From Patescibacteria group bacterium (GTDB lineage: Bacteria > Patescibacteriota > UBA1384 > 2-12-FULL-50-11), in assembly GCA_016861245.1 (NCBI GenBank), contig BOKZ01000001.1:188347-252346 (forward strand): a stretch of 64,000 nucleotides of DNA. The letters are read 5' to 3'. Each line of letters starts with the position of its first letter. Position 1 is the first letter of the stretch. Shown here one piece after another: positions 20,567-31,140 of the stretch. The position numbers and the translations under genes are program-made. Below the pieces are notes generated by a model. It was not told the DNA's origin. It saw only the letters and a program-made list of their open reading frames with translations, and did no database searches.

Positions 20567-20568
20567 AG

Positions 20569-21675
20569 CTACTCCTTTGATAAATTAATAATTTCTTCTA
20601 CAACTTTTTGCCTATCTGTCTCTGACAGCAGAGGGTGAACCGGCAGCGACACAACTTCCTTGCAGAGCTTCTCCGCAACCGGAAAGTCACCTTCTCGGTG
20701 TCCCAAGCTCTTGAATTGTGGGAAGAGGTGAAGCGGCTTCGGATAGTATACGCCTACCATTATCTCTTTTGCCTTTAGTCGTTCGACAAACTGGTCTCGA
20801 TCTATCGGGAAGTCTTCGGTAATACGCAACGTGTATTGATGAAAAACATGAGTTCTATTTGGTGCAACCCTAGGGGTAATCAACCCTGGGATATTATTGA
20901 ATGATTTGGTATAGTAGGCGGCGTTTTCTTGTCTAGCTTTTGTGAACCGCTCTAGCTTCTTAAGTTGAGCGTTACCGATCGCAGACGCAAAATCTGTTGT
21001 CCGATAGTTATAGCCTAAATCTAAATACTCATAACGCTGACTCTCGGATTGCCCGTGATGTCTGAATTGTTTAGCCAGCTCAAATATTTTCTCACTATTA
21101 GTGGTAATCATCCCACCCTCACCAGTTGTGATGTTTTTCGTTGCGTACAAAGAAAAGCAACTAGCGTCACCAAATGAGCCAACTGGTCTGTCGTTATACG
21201 TTGCACCAATGGCCTGACAGGAGTCGAAAATCAATTTAAGAGAATGTTTTTTTGCGATTGATTCTAATTCTTGAACCTCAGATGGTTGACCGTATAGATC
21301 AACTGGCAGAAGCGCTTTTGTGTCTTCTCTAATTGCTTTATTAATTAGTTTTGTGTTGATACAGAAGGTTTCCTCGTCAACGTCAACAAATATTGGTTTT
21401 GCGCCTTGCATCAAAATTGCGTTTGCAGTGGCAACAAACGTAAATGGTGTCGTAATGACGCTGTCACCAGCGCTAACCCCAGCGGCATAGAGCGCCGCGT
21501 GTAGCGCTGTCGTACCGTTACTGGTTGCAACTGCGAACTTAGACCCGCACTGCTTGGCGAAGTTCTCTTCAAACTCTTTCGTAACTGGCCCTTGAGCAAT
21601 TATTCCGGATTTGAGTACAGCGACAACACCGTCAACCTCCTCGGCTTCGATAATTGGTTGAACAATTTTTATCAT
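20569..21675 (-). CDS. DegT/DnrJ/EryC1/StrS aminotransferase (WbpE/WlbC-like)
   Basis: SNGTTALH, PVDLYGQ, DSCQA, SLYATKNITTGEGG, GYNYR. Confidence 0.93.
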   Translation of the reverse strand: MIKIVQPIIEAEEVDGVVAVLKSGIIAQGPVTKEFEENFAKQCGSKFAVATSNGTTALHAALYAAGVSAGDSVITTPFTFVATANAILMQGAKPIFVDVDEETFCINTKLINKAIREDTKALLPVDLYGQPSEVQELESIAKKHSLKLIFDSCQAIGATYNDRPVGSFGDASCFSLYATKNITTGEGGMITTNSEKIFELAKQFRHHGQSESQRYEYLDLGYNYRTTDFASAIGNAQLKKLERFTKARQENAAYYTKSFNNIPGLITPRVAPNRTHVFHQYTLRITEDFPIDRDQFVERLKAKEIMVGVYYPKPLHLFPQFKSLGHREGDFPVAEKLCKEVVSLPVHPLLSETDRQKVVEEIINLSKE

Positions 21676-21766
21676 CCAATACGTTCATACCAATCATCCA
21701 CGCGCGAGTCAAAGCTTGAAAAAAATGTTTACAGGTTTATACTGCCACTGTTTGTACCTAGAAATT

Positions 21767-22858
21767 ATGAAAACTTACGACTTCATCGTCATTGGCGCAG
21801 GTGTAGTTGGTTGCGCTATCGCAAGAGAGCTCTCGAGTCACGGATCAGTACTGGTTCTAGAACGACGAGAGCGCCCGGGGATGGAAACGAGTCGGTATAA
21901 TAGCGGCGTCATCCACTCAGGCATCCATTTACCACCGAGCTTTCTCAAGGCACGGTTAGCGCGTGAGGGGAGCGCGCTAGTTCGAGAATTTTGTCAGCAA
22001 TTCAACGTCCCAAATCGAGAGGTTGGAATGCATATCGTCGTCACTGCGCAAGATTGCTTCACACAGGTAGGGCAGCTCAAACAATTCACCAAGCTACTAC
22101 AGCGCGCACGTGAACAAGACATTCGCATAGAAGTAAAAAGTGGCCGAGCGATACGTACCGTTGAACCATCTGTACGCTGCTTGCTCGGTGTCCACGTGCC
22201 AGGTGTTCGCATCATCGACCAGTGCGCCTTCCTGGCCGCCTTAATCGATGACATGGGAAATAGCAGCACAACTATAGACTGCTGTATGGAGGTAACTGCG
22301 ATCGAGCCGGTTAATTCAGGCTTAGTAGTTACTGCTGGCTCCTCGCGGTTCCGGGCGAGTCTCGTTATCAACGCCGCAGGTTTATACGCCGACCAAGTCG
22401 CTCGACTCGCTGATGTGCAATTCCAGCACTACTACTATCGTGGCGAATACTACGAAATCGAGCCATCGGCAGGAATTACGGCAAACGGTCTCGTCTATCC
22501 GCTCCCACCCAGGCACAGTAAGGGGCTTGGCATTCATCTCACACCCACAACCGATGGTCGAATCTTACTCGGGCCGAACACAAAACGCGTCTCAGGCCCC
22601 GACGACTACAGGTCGGACAAAACACCTCCAGAAAAGTTCCTTAGCGCGGTTCGGGCTTTCCTTCCGAGCCTAACAACTGCGGATATTTCTTGGGCGTTTT
22701 CAGGAATCCGACCGAAGACCACCGACGAATCGATCGAGAGCGATTTTGTCATCGAAAAACACCCGGAATTACCGCTAATAAACCTGATCGGGATCGAGTC
22801 CCCGGGTCTCACCGCGTCGCTGGCAGTTGGGAATTACGTTAGTCAACAACTTTCCTAG
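21767..22858 (+). CDS. FAD-dependent oxidoreductase, L-2-hydroxyglutarate oxidase-like
   Basis: Start moved to ATG 21767; IGAGVVG, TSRYNSGVIHSG, NAAGLYAD, GLGIHLT, GIRPK, GIESPGLTASLA. Confidence 0.85.
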   Translation: MKTYDFIVIGAGVVGCAIARELSSHGSVLVLERRERPGMETSRYNSGVIHSGIHLPPSFLKARLAREGSALVREFCQQFNVPNREVGMHIVVTAQDCFTQVGQLKQFTKLLQRAREQDIRIEVKSGRAIRTVEPSVRCLLGVHVPGVRIIDQCAFLAALIDDMGNSSTTIDCCMEVTAIEPVNSGLVVTAGSSRFRASLVINAAGLYADQVARLADVQFQHYYYRGEYYEIEPSAGITANGLVYPLPPRHSKGLGIHLTPTTDGRILLGPNTKRVSGPDDYRSDKTPPEKFLSAVRAFLPSLTTADISWAFSGIRPKTTDESIESDFVIEKHPELPLINLIGIESPGLTASLAVGNYVSQQLS

Positions 22859-24989
22859 GAGAAATCCTAGGACTTTTTAATAAACCGAATAATAGCAACG
22901 CGAGCGCTAAAGCCGAGAGAAGCATTCCGACTAAGTAGTAGTTTTGTGGTTGATAATAAATAGACAAGCTAACTGTTATAGTTCCATCTGGATTGCTGCG
23001 CACAGACCCCGGGGAACGACTCCGTATAAGCTCAGGATCAACTTCCCAGCGATTGCCAAAATCCTTGTAGATTGTGTGTGACTGCTCAAAAAAGCTTGGC
23101 TGCTTGAATTCCGGCCATGTTATTAGTCGATTACTGCTAGCACATTCAGTTATCTCCTGATTTACGCTAACAACTTCGCACGAAATTGCCGTACCCGAAC
23201 CAATCTTCCAACCATAGTGGAACGACTCTAAGAAATTTAGACTAAACTTTGTATAGTCACGGATAGTAACATCGACTCGATACAGTGTTTCGCTCTCCTT
23301 TACGAACATTAAAGTCGGCCCCGTTATCCTACTCTCCGCGCCAACGACTCTATAAATATTTGGAGAAACTTGGGCTAACCCATCAGGGTTAGCTTTAACA
23401 ACTTTAGCTATAAAGTCTTTATCGGTGTGAATTAGACTAACATCATTTCCATAAACCGCCGGGTCAGAAAATTTATCAAAGTTTGAGGCGTAAACACTTG
23501 ATAAATCAAGAATATAGCCAACATTCTTTTGTCGTAGTAGCTCAAGATCGTAGCGCTCCAAGAACTTTCGCTGCAACGAGTCTTGAAAGTCTATTGGAGA
23601 GACAGAATTCTGAATATAACCACTGCCAGAAAATATACTAAAACTATCCCAGCCACTATTGGAAAGCGGGGTGTTATTAATTACTCGTACTGGTTGATCA
23701 ATAAGTGAATATTGATTAAAAAACGGGTAAACCAAAACACGGCTACTATCCTCCTTTTGTTGCAGAAAATCTTCGTAGCTCTGGAGACTTGCTCTAGCGT
23801 CTGAAAAACTCACTTTCGGCAACCCCCGTAGGAATAGCGGGTAGCTAAGTGCTAGATAACTGAATAGTAGAATTGTTACAAGTGTACGACGGGTAGCCCA
23901 AAGTCCTACTATTGCTAATAGTAGGAATACGACTAGCAGCGGTGCTGCGTGACCAGCTTCTCGAAGCATTGGGTAGAAGTAGGAGATAACAGGTATAGGG
24001 ATTGAAGCGTAGTAACCGCTAGTAAGTATGACAAATGAGAAAAGGCCAATTAAAAAGTAAAGTACTATTTTTCTTTCAGTGTAAGTTCTCTTGAATACTC
24101 CCCAAATAACTAAAGTGAAGAATAAAATACCAAAGAGCGCTGATGGAGCACCAAAGAATTTATCGATAAAAGTAGCTGGAGAGAACCATAGAGTAAAAAT
24201 TCTTAAAAAATTCGTCCGACCTAAATCAGTGAATGAGTTTACGGCTGCATTTGACCGCAACGAATCAACGGAATTCGCCCCAAAGAGTATTGGGAGCAAC
24301 CAATAACAGTTAAGTAACAGCATTGCTCCGAAAGCAGATAGGATGATCTTTAAACGATCTCGGGTGTAGTTTAAAAACAACCAGATCAATAAAGTAAGTG
24401 GTGTAAAAATAAAAAATTGTATTTGTACTGTTGTCAGCCAAGCCAGAAGCATCAAACCAACTACTGTTCTCGTTGAGAAGACTTTTGTACTCAAGAGAAG
24501 ACTTACTAGCCATAAATAAGCTGAGTAGGAGAAGATATAACCCCAATGCCCTGCTAAAAACTTATAAAAAATTGCGGGATTAAAGATAAAGAGCAGGCTT
24601 ACAAGCACTGCAATCAAGCGCTGAGCCGGGAATAGTTTTGAAATTATTAGTCTCCCAGCAAGATAGATTGAAATAAAGAATAAAAGATGGATTACTATTT
24701 GCGTTAGCTCGGGGGTAACTGTTAATCGACTAATAAGATAGGTAAGTAATGGAAAAGGTGTAGAGCTGGCGTAACCAAGTGGCGCGCCCAGGCCAGCGTA
24801 CTGCCAGGCTGAGAGTTCCAGCTTTGGGAAAGTGGAGAAATGCCTAGAGAAATACGGAAAAGTTCCGTCCCAATTATTACCGATGCCACCCCAGGCAACT
24901 AATACGTATCCAATTAGTAAACTTGCGACGAAAATTAACTCAAGTACATTGTGGCGGACAGACAACCAGTTTTTAAGCTTAGTTATCAT
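22839..24989 (-). CDS. Polytopic membrane protein with extracytoplasmic domain, putative GT-C glycosyltransferase
   Basis: About 12 TM segments; acidic first-loop motif WDG; C-terminal YYQPQNYY plus TM (YfhO/AftD-like layout). Confidence 0.55.
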   Translation of the reverse strand: MITKLKNWLSVRHNVLELIFVASLLIGYVLVAWGGIGNNWDGTFPYFSRHFSTFPKLELSAWQYAGLGAPLGYASSTPFPLLTYLISRLTVTPELTQIVIHLLFFISIYLAGRLIISKLFPAQRLIAVLVSLLFIFNPAIFYKFLAGHWGYIFSYSAYLWLVSLLLSTKVFSTRTVVGLMLLAWLTTVQIQFFIFTPLTLLIWLFLNYTRDRLKIILSAFGAMLLLNCYWLLPILFGANSVDSLRSNAAVNSFTDLGRTNFLRIFTLWFSPATFIDKFFGAPSALFGILFFTLVIWGVFKRTYTERKIVLYFLIGLFSFVILTSGYYASIPIPVISYFYPMLREAGHAAPLLVVFLLLAIVGLWATRRTLVTILLFSYLALSYPLFLRGLPKVSFSDARASLQSYEDFLQQKEDSSRVLVYPFFNQYSLIDQPVRVINNTPLSNSGWDSFSIFSGSGYIQNSVSPIDFQDSLQRKFLERYDLELLRQKNVGYILDLSSVYASNFDKFSDPAVYGNDVSLIHTDKDFIAKVVKANPDGLAQVSPNIYRVVGAESRITGPTLMFVKESETLYRVDVTIRDYTKFSLNFLESFHYGWKIGSGTAISCEVVSVNQEITECASSNRLITWPEFKQPSFFEQSHTIYKDFGNRWEVDPELIRSRSPGSVRSNPDGTITVSLSIYYQPQNYYLVGMLLSALALALLLFGLLKSPRISPRKVVD

Positions 24990-25326
24990 CCGTTAAGCTG
25001 GATTCTGTTGTCATCTTAAACGAGTGATAGACATGCAGAACGATAGTAACTGCAAATAGAATGAATACAATTTTTGCTGCTTGTTCAGCTCGATCGGTCC
25101 TATTAATTGCCAGTAGCAGCGCTACACCGATTAAGCCCCAAACAGTCCCTAACGCAAACAATTTGGGCTGTGGCACTTCAACAACTAGCCAAACCAGGAA
25201 GACTAGCGCTACTACATCGCGTACTCTCCAGTTAAGATACATCGCCAAAAAGCCGAAAGCCCCGACAATAATATACGAACGATATCGAATAATATATGAA
25301 GTTATGTTTTTATATAAATCCGTCAT
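24979..25326 (-). CDS. Small membrane protein
   Basis: 115 aa, 3-4 TM; overlaps both neighbours in the operon. Confidence 0.65.
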   Translation of the reverse strand: MTDLYKNITSYIIRYRSYIIVGAFGFLAMYLNWRVRDVVALVFLVWLVVEVPQPKLFALGTVWGLIGVALLLAINRTDRAEQAAKIVFILFAVTIVLHVYHSFKMTTESSLTDDN

Positions 25327-26702
25327 TTCTTCAGTAGCTGTCCAGAGACCTTTAAAGACCGGAGACCAAAGTAAGGATAAGCTGTGTAACCCAACTCCTT
25401 GTTTGACACCCTAATATAAACGGTGTGAGAGTCATTATTATTGTCGGCTGAGCCAGAATACTGACCAGCGCCCAACTGCGAGTTCTCGTTAATGACGAAC
25501 CATTCTTGACCATCAAAGGACATCTCAAGCAGAACATCGTTGTACTCAGAGTAGAGACGACTAGCTTGCATCGAAGCTGATAGCACTGGCGACGACAATT
25601 CGCAAACAAAGGTAAAGGAAGCACCAATTGACTTGTTCATGATTAGCGACTTTTCTGAGTAGCTATACCTGGCAACAGCATCACCAGAAGTATCCAAGAT
25701 CATTAGACGATCCGTTGGCTCTCCGGAGGTGCTGCACGAGTATTGTTCTCGTGTTAAACTAATTTGATCAAGATATGTGCCTATAGAAATTAGTGACTGT
25801 TTAGGTCGGGATAGTCGCAACGAAACGCCCTCAATTGAATTCACAGTAGTACCATCGACTTTCACTCTAGAAGCCGCCAAGATACCGTTTATAAAAATGT
25901 GACTCATTCTGGTGGGACGAGACTGGGCTGGGGTAATAACAACGATATACTCCTGAGCGTTTTTAACTCTGCTAGCAAGTGGTAGATATATCCAACCATC
26001 TTTAATAGCACTCACACCAGTGAATTCGACTGTAGAAATGGCTTTCTCTGACGATAGTACCTCTAGTTTTTTTTCATAGAGACTTGCCTCATACCTCCCA
26101 CCGCCATTACCAATGTAGCCGCCTTTAACTGAGATAGATTGAAGCTTGTCAGTCTTGGGGGTAATAGAGAAAAAAACGGGAGAAAATATCGATACTTCTC
26201 TATCAACTTTTGGATCATTTTCAAGATAAACTTCTTGACTGTAAGGGCTGGCATAATCCGAGCTACCACCAGGAACATCTAGCCCAATCAGCCTGACTTG
26301 ATCGATAAATACTTTTGCACGGAGCTGGGGGTTTTTTTTGGCGACTACTATTGAGTCAACCGTTTTCCCATTTAGTTCGAAGTTCTTATAGAAGTATTGA
26401 GGTTCACCGGGGTGGACCGTAAAACTACCGATTAGCAGCGAGTCCGATCCAACAGTGTGAGTAATTAATTGCATCTCAACTAACTCAGTGCTCTCTGTTT
26501 TTGCAATAAAAGCAACTCGATATGAGCCATCACCAAGATTTGTATGGCTAATGATCTCAAGTGATGCGTTCGATTCTCCAAGTTCATAACTAAAGCTATT
26601 CTCTTTTATTTCTTCAAATGCGTTCGGACGTGCACCGAAAACGAGTAACAAAATGAAAAGCAGGGAAAGAAACCAGTACCGATTAGGTGTTAGTTGAAGC
26701 AT
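25323..26702 (-). CDS. Membrane-anchored extracellular beta-rich protein
   Basis: Start moved to ATG 26702 (SD GAAGGAG); N-terminal TM then a beta-strand-rich region. Confidence 0.65.
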   Translation of the reverse strand: MLQLTPNRYWFLSLLFILLLVFGARPNAFEEIKENSFSYELGESNASLEIISHTNLGDGSYRVAFIAKTESTELVEMQLITHTVGSDSLLIGSFTVHPGEPQYFYKNFELNGKTVDSIVVAKKNPQLRAKVFIDQVRLIGLDVPGGSSDYASPYSQEVYLENDPKVDREVSIFSPVFFSITPKTDKLQSISVKGGYIGNGGGRYEASLYEKKLEVLSSEKAISTVEFTGVSAIKDGWIYLPLASRVKNAQEYIVVITPAQSRPTRMSHIFINGILAASRVKVDGTTVNSIEGVSLRLSRPKQSLISIGTYLDQISLTREQYSCSTSGEPTDRLMILDTSGDAVARYSYSEKSLIMNKSIGASFTFVCELSSPVLSASMQASRLYSEYNDVLLEMSFDGQEWFVINENSQLGAGQYSGSADNNNDSHTVYIRVSNKELGYTAYPYFGLRSLKVSGQLLKK

Positions 26703-28923
26703 AGCGACTCCTTCGATTATATCCGATCCACCAGATAACCATAAGCACGAATAGGAACCCAAACGAGATTATCTGACTGATTGCTGTCAGGATTTGTGGG
26801 TAAAAAGTAATCATAAATGAGTACTGTTCACCTGGTTTAAGACTGGGTTGGCTTATTAGCCAAGCACTTTCCTGTTTTCCCTCGACGGATGAGTTCAGCG
26901 AGCGAAGGCGAAGGCTAGAAGAAATACTTGTTGGGTTATAAAAACAATTTGAATTTCCAAATGAATCGGCACAATTCCCTGGCCTGATGAATAATCGATA
27001 GTTTTCTGAGACGGGTTCGTTCAGGGTAATACTAAGCGGTTGCTCTGTAGCAATAAACTCTCCACTCAATCGCCCTGGCGCGACTTCCCTAAAGGTGACA
27101 GAGTCACTCTCCGCACCGGTAATTTGTAAATAGTTTTGCTGCCAACCAGGTACTTCATAGACACTAATATCCCCAAACTCTTTAACTAACTTATAACCTT
27201 TACGTAATTCTTTATCTAAGCTTGTAACACTAGCTTCAGAAGCCGAAAAATAAACATCACTCAATTGAGTAAGCGGCCAGTTAATATCTTTGTGTAGCAA
27301 CACATATCGTACATTCGATCGTTTCAACTGTTCCATATTAAGGCTGGTAAACGGTTTGCCCGAGCTATCACTAGATTGTCCGGTAATAAAACGTTTGTCG
27401 GTCATTAGCATCAACGGATAAGTCCCCCAGTAACCGTCACTGCCAGATTGCCAGCGTAAAGAGGCTAGGCTTGTGTTTATAATCGGTAACGGTAAGACAA
27501 AAAAATGATCTGGCTGTTCGTTCAGCCAGGCGGCAAGCTGGGTATAGGAATCAGGTACTTTAACTTTTCTGGAGGGAATAACGTCGTTCCTGGCCGGAAA
27601 CACCTGATCCTTCCAAAATGGGGACGAATAAGTGAAAAGGTAAATGATGACTATTACCAGGACACCGCCAGTCTTAGCATATTTGGGCAACGTCGAGCTT
27701 GGGATTAATGAAACAACATAACCAAACAAAACTCCTACGGAGAGTAAGGTTAAAGGCATAAATCTTTGCCAAATTGACCTAAACACCTCACCGATCGCTG
27801 GAAGAGAATAGAAGTAGTTATTAATACTTTTCATTGGCGAGTAATCACCTAGAGTTAGCTGACCAAAAACCAGCAAAAGCACAAAGAAGAAGATTATATT
27901 TGGCGTGAGACGACGGCGTAGCATTAGCCAGCAAACCGTCGCAAATACGCTGACCCCGATAATTGAGGTGGCTGTGGCAGCGTATGTGCTAAACCATAAG
28001 TGATAGGGCTGACCACCAACTTTATCTCCCAAGAAATCTGGCCCAAGTAATTTAAAGTATTCAAGTGGGCGAGTAGAGTTAAACTTTAATAACGCTTCTG
28101 TAGTAATATCGCTGACAGCGCGACGCGACAACTCCCCGCCCACAAACAGTAGCTGTGGTAGTAGCCAAAAAAGATTAACAACAAGCCAAAAAACGCCCGT
28201 TAATCCGGTAAGAAGAAGAGCCCGATATCTTCGCTGTCTTGACTTCGTCCCAATTATCAAAAAGATGGCCAGATAAATGAATAAAACTCCCCAGGTAATT
28301 AGCATGAACGGCGGCGTAACATAGCTTGGAGTTAAAAGCAGTGACCAGGCTAGCGTAATAGTTACTGCGGACATAATAATTGGTTTGGTAGAGTGCAAGC
28401 GATTAATAAATAAGCCTAAAATTAATGGGAAGAAAGCGAAAAAAAACAGTATCCAAGAGAGCGCACTTAGCGCCACAACAGCGTAGACGTTTGTTGAATA
28501 GAGTAACCCAGAAACTACCGCTCCTGCTTTGGCCTTCTCCGGAAAGCACTGCCTAAATAAATAGTAAGTCGACAAACCGGCTCCGACGATAATCGTGTAG
28601 AGAAGGCACTTTTGGACAGCGGCAACCGACAAAACTAAGCCAATTTTTTGTAGAGCTAATAATAACAATCCAAACGGCAATAAAAAGGGGAACTTACTTG
28701 CATCCGGTGTACTCAACGCAATCTTCCCAGAAACTAGATGAAAATAGTCTGCCAAATAAACCTGTTGGTTAATGCCGAAAGAGGCGTCGTCACCCCAAAT
28801 GAATCCGTTAGCGGGGAACCAGGAAAATGCCACTAAACCTAATACTAGAAACACCAACCATGGCCTGGGAGAGATAAACGAGATTAAGCGACGAAATATA
28901 TTCCTACCAGCGCTTACCAGCAT
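26683..28923 (-). CDS. Polytopic membrane protein, putative GT-C (AftD/DUF3367-like) glycosyltransferase
   Basis: WGDD acidic loop motif, many TM segments, VPDSY..LAAWL, NVRYVLLHKD, C-terminal FYPQ plus TM. Confidence 0.6.
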   Translation of the reverse strand: MLVSAGRNIFRRLISFISPRPWLVFLVLGLVAFSWFPANGFIWGDDASFGINQQVYLADYFHLVSGKIALSTPDASKFPFLLPFGLLLLALQKIGLVLSVAAVQKCLLYTIIVGAGLSTYYLFRQCFPEKAKAGAVVSGLLYSTNVYAVVALSALSWILFFFAFFPLILGLFINRLHSTKPIIMSAVTITLAWSLLLTPSYVTPPFMLITWGVLFIYLAIFLIIGTKSRQRRYRALLLTGLTGVFWLVVNLFWLLPQLLFVGGELSRRAVSDITTEALLKFNSTRPLEYFKLLGPDFLGDKVGGQPYHLWFSTYAATATSIIGVSVFATVCWLMLRRRLTPNIIFFFVLLLVFGQLTLGDYSPMKSINNYFYSLPAIGEVFRSIWQRFMPLTLLSVGVLFGYVVSLIPSSTLPKYAKTGGVLVIVIIYLFTYSSPFWKDQVFPARNDVIPSRKVKVPDSYTQLAAWLNEQPDHFFVLPLPIINTSLASLRWQSGSDGYWGTYPLMLMTDKRFITGQSSDSSGKPFTSLNMEQLKRSNVRYVLLHKDINWPLTQLSDVYFSASEASVTSLDKELRKGYKLVKEFGDISVYEVPGWQQNYLQITGAESDSVTFREVAPGRLSGEFIATEQPLSITLNEPVSENYRLFIRPGNCADSFGNSNCFYNPTSISSSLRLRSLNSSVEGKQESAWLISQPSLKPGEQYSFMITFYPQILTAISQIISFGFLFVLMVIWWIGYNRRSRYASTNT

Positions 28924-30016
28924 ATGCCTTCATTTCACGAATAATATTCTGGCTTATGTCGGGTGCGTCGTAAGGGTTGCCAACTTCTACATATTTCTTC
29001 TGAAGCTCGTCGTAGTTATCCATAATATAATTCAGCTTGTCCTTAATTTCAGATTCATCACATTTTGCTAGAAAACTAACACCGTATTCAATTGGCTCTA
29101 GCCAAGCGGTATGGTCACGTAGAATTACACACGGCTTCTTGCTCCAGAATGCCTCTTTTTGTAGTCCACCTGAATCAGTAACAACGAGCTTAGAGTGCTC
29201 AACAAGCGCTACAATCTCTCGGTAGCTGAGTGAACGAATAAACTTAATATTTGAGCCGTCTTTTATAACATTTAGCTCGTCCATCCTTGCTTTCGTGCGC
29301 GGGTGGACTGGGAAGACAAATTGTAGATCCGGATAGTGCCCCACCGCACTAACTAGGGCTTGAAGTGACTCCTTAGTATCGACGTTCTTAGCGCGATGAG
29401 CCGTTAAAACAGCATACTCTCCCTCTTTAACATCAAACTCCTCTAAGATTTTCTTTTCCTCCGTCATATTTTTCGTACACCACTCATAAACTTCAAACAG
29501 TGGGTCGCCGACAAACTTAATATCACCAGCAACATGTTCTTTCTCAAGGTTCTTTGAAGAAATATCCGAAACCGTTAGCATTACATTTGAACAATGGTCT
29601 AGTAGCCGACGATTTATCTCTTCCGGCATATCCATCTCCCACTCGCGACAACCTGCCTCAATATGAGCCAACGGAATATTCATCTTTACAGCGGTAATAC
29701 CGGCTGCGAGTGAGGAGTTTGTATCTCCAAAGACTCCGACCATATCTGGTTTAAACTCTTCAAAATACTTCTCGAGCCTTAAGATAATATTAGCCGTCTG
29801 TTCGCCATGAGTTCCAGATCCAACGTTAAGATTAATGTCTGGCTCTGGCAAACCAAGGTCTTCAAAGAATATTTTATTCATTTCGTAATCGTAATGTTGG
29901 CCGGTATGAACTAACTTAAAATCGATATCGGGATCAGATTTAAAGGCAGGTATTAGCGTTGCCGAACGGATGATTTCTGGCCTTGTACCGATTATGTAGA
30001 CAATTTTTTTCTTCAT
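28904..30016 (-). CDS. wecB: UDP-N-acetylglucosamine 2-epimerase, non-hydrolysing (WecB/WbpI family)
   Basis: GTRPE, HTGQHYD, GDTNS, HIEAG, MPEEINR, TDSGGLQKEA. Confidence 0.93.
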   Translation of the reverse strand: MKKKIVYIIGTRPEIIRSATLIPAFKSDPDIDFKLVHTGQHYDYEMNKIFFEDLGLPEPDINLNVGSGTHGEQTANIILRLEKYFEEFKPDMVGVFGDTNSSLAAGITAVKMNIPLAHIEAGCREWEMDMPEEINRRLLDHCSNVMLTVSDISSKNLEKEHVAGDIKFVGDPLFEVYEWCTKNMTEEKKILEEFDVKEGEYAVLTAHRAKNVDTKESLQALVSAVGHYPDLQFVFPVHPRTKARMDELNVIKDGSNIKFIRSLSYREIVALVEHSKLVVTDSGGLQKEAFWSKKPCVILRDHTAWLEPIEYGVSFLAKCDESEIKDKLNYIMDNYDELQKKYVEVGNPYDAPDISQNIIREMKAYAGKRW

Positions 30017-31140
30017 TTATTTAATTTCTCCTTGATCCTAATCACGGTCTGCCGTAAATTTGCCTCACTGTAACGACTCCGTGCGTATTCTCTTGATGTA
30101 CTCCTCATACTATTTAACTGTTTTTCTTCTAGTGTGCAAAGGAACGAGGCGACTTCTTCAGGATTAAATGGATCTATAATCCACCCAATCTCTTTCGGTA
30201 CAAGATCTGAATCTATGGTAATCTTCTGCTTGATTTTTTCGGTTAACGCTGCGTATTTCGGAATAATAATTGGCGTACCACTCGCTAACGCCTCAACAGC
30301 TGGTAGGGTAAGGTAAGTCTCATCGGCGTATGACCATACCACATCAGCCTCACTAATTAAGGCGCTAATTTTCTCGCGATCACTTACGTAGCCGAAATAT
30401 TCGACCTGTTCATACATATCGGCTATTTTACTTAGTTGGTCTTGGAATTCCCCAACTCCAATAAATCTAAACTGTAAATCCGGGCGCTGCGTATCTGCCG
30501 CTATTCTTTCTGCCGCTTCAATGAGCGGTAAGCACATCTTATCGGAATCAAGTCGACCTACAAACTGGATAATAATCTTGCCGTCCGGTTTCGCTAGATC
30601 TTTCTCAAAAAAACGGTTTTCTGCGAAGTGCTCGTTGGTGACAATCCGCTCCCTGGGGATAAAGTCTAGCACATTCTCAACACTCCCTCGGGAGTTTACA
30701 ACCACCAAATCGACACCAGCACACCAAAATCTTAAGAAGGATGATTGCCACGCTACTTTCTTGGCAATATATCCGTGATACATAACAACCATTTTTCCCC
30801 CAAACAACCACCTAAACGGCAGGAGCATCAGCGCAATAGCAAAACCATTTGTAATCACCGCTTTGTTTCTTGAGAAGATACCAAATATGATGGCCAGCAA
30901 GAGCAGTGGCAAGTTCCAAAGCATTGAGATGAGAGCGCCAAGATTAGTGAGATAGCCCCATTTATCGTACCTAGGGAAAGGAATAGAGTAATACTTTATT
31001 TCTGGTTGGCGGTGGAATACCCCACCTAATCCAGCGCAAACAATTCGGTAGTCAGTTTGAAGTTGCTGCAGAATGCGCTCGATACAAATCCAACTACCAC
31101 CAGAGAATGCAGGCGTTACTACTAACAACTTACCCTTCAT
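30013..31140 (-). CDS. Glycosyltransferase family 4
   Basis: FVGRLDSDK, ETYLTLPAVEALASGTPII; likely start MKGKLL. Confidence 0.85.
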   Translation of the reverse strand: MKGKLLVVTPAFSGGSWICIERILQQLQTDYRIVCAGLGGVFHRQPEIKYYSIPFPRYDKWGYLTNLGALISMLWNLPLLLLAIIFGIFSRNKAVITNGFAIALMLLPFRWLFGGKMVVMYHGYIAKKVAWQSSFLRFWCAGVDLVVVNSRGSVENVLDFIPRERIVTNEHFAENRFFEKDLAKPDGKIIIQFVGRLDSDKMCLPLIEAAERIAADTQRPDLQFRFIGVGEFQDQLSKIADMYEQVEYFGYVSDREKISALISEADVVWSYADETYLTLPAVEALASGTPIIIPKYAALTEKIKQKITIDSDLVPKEIGWIIDPFNPEEVASFLCTLEEKQLNSMRSTSREYARSRYSEANLRQTVIRIKEKLNK

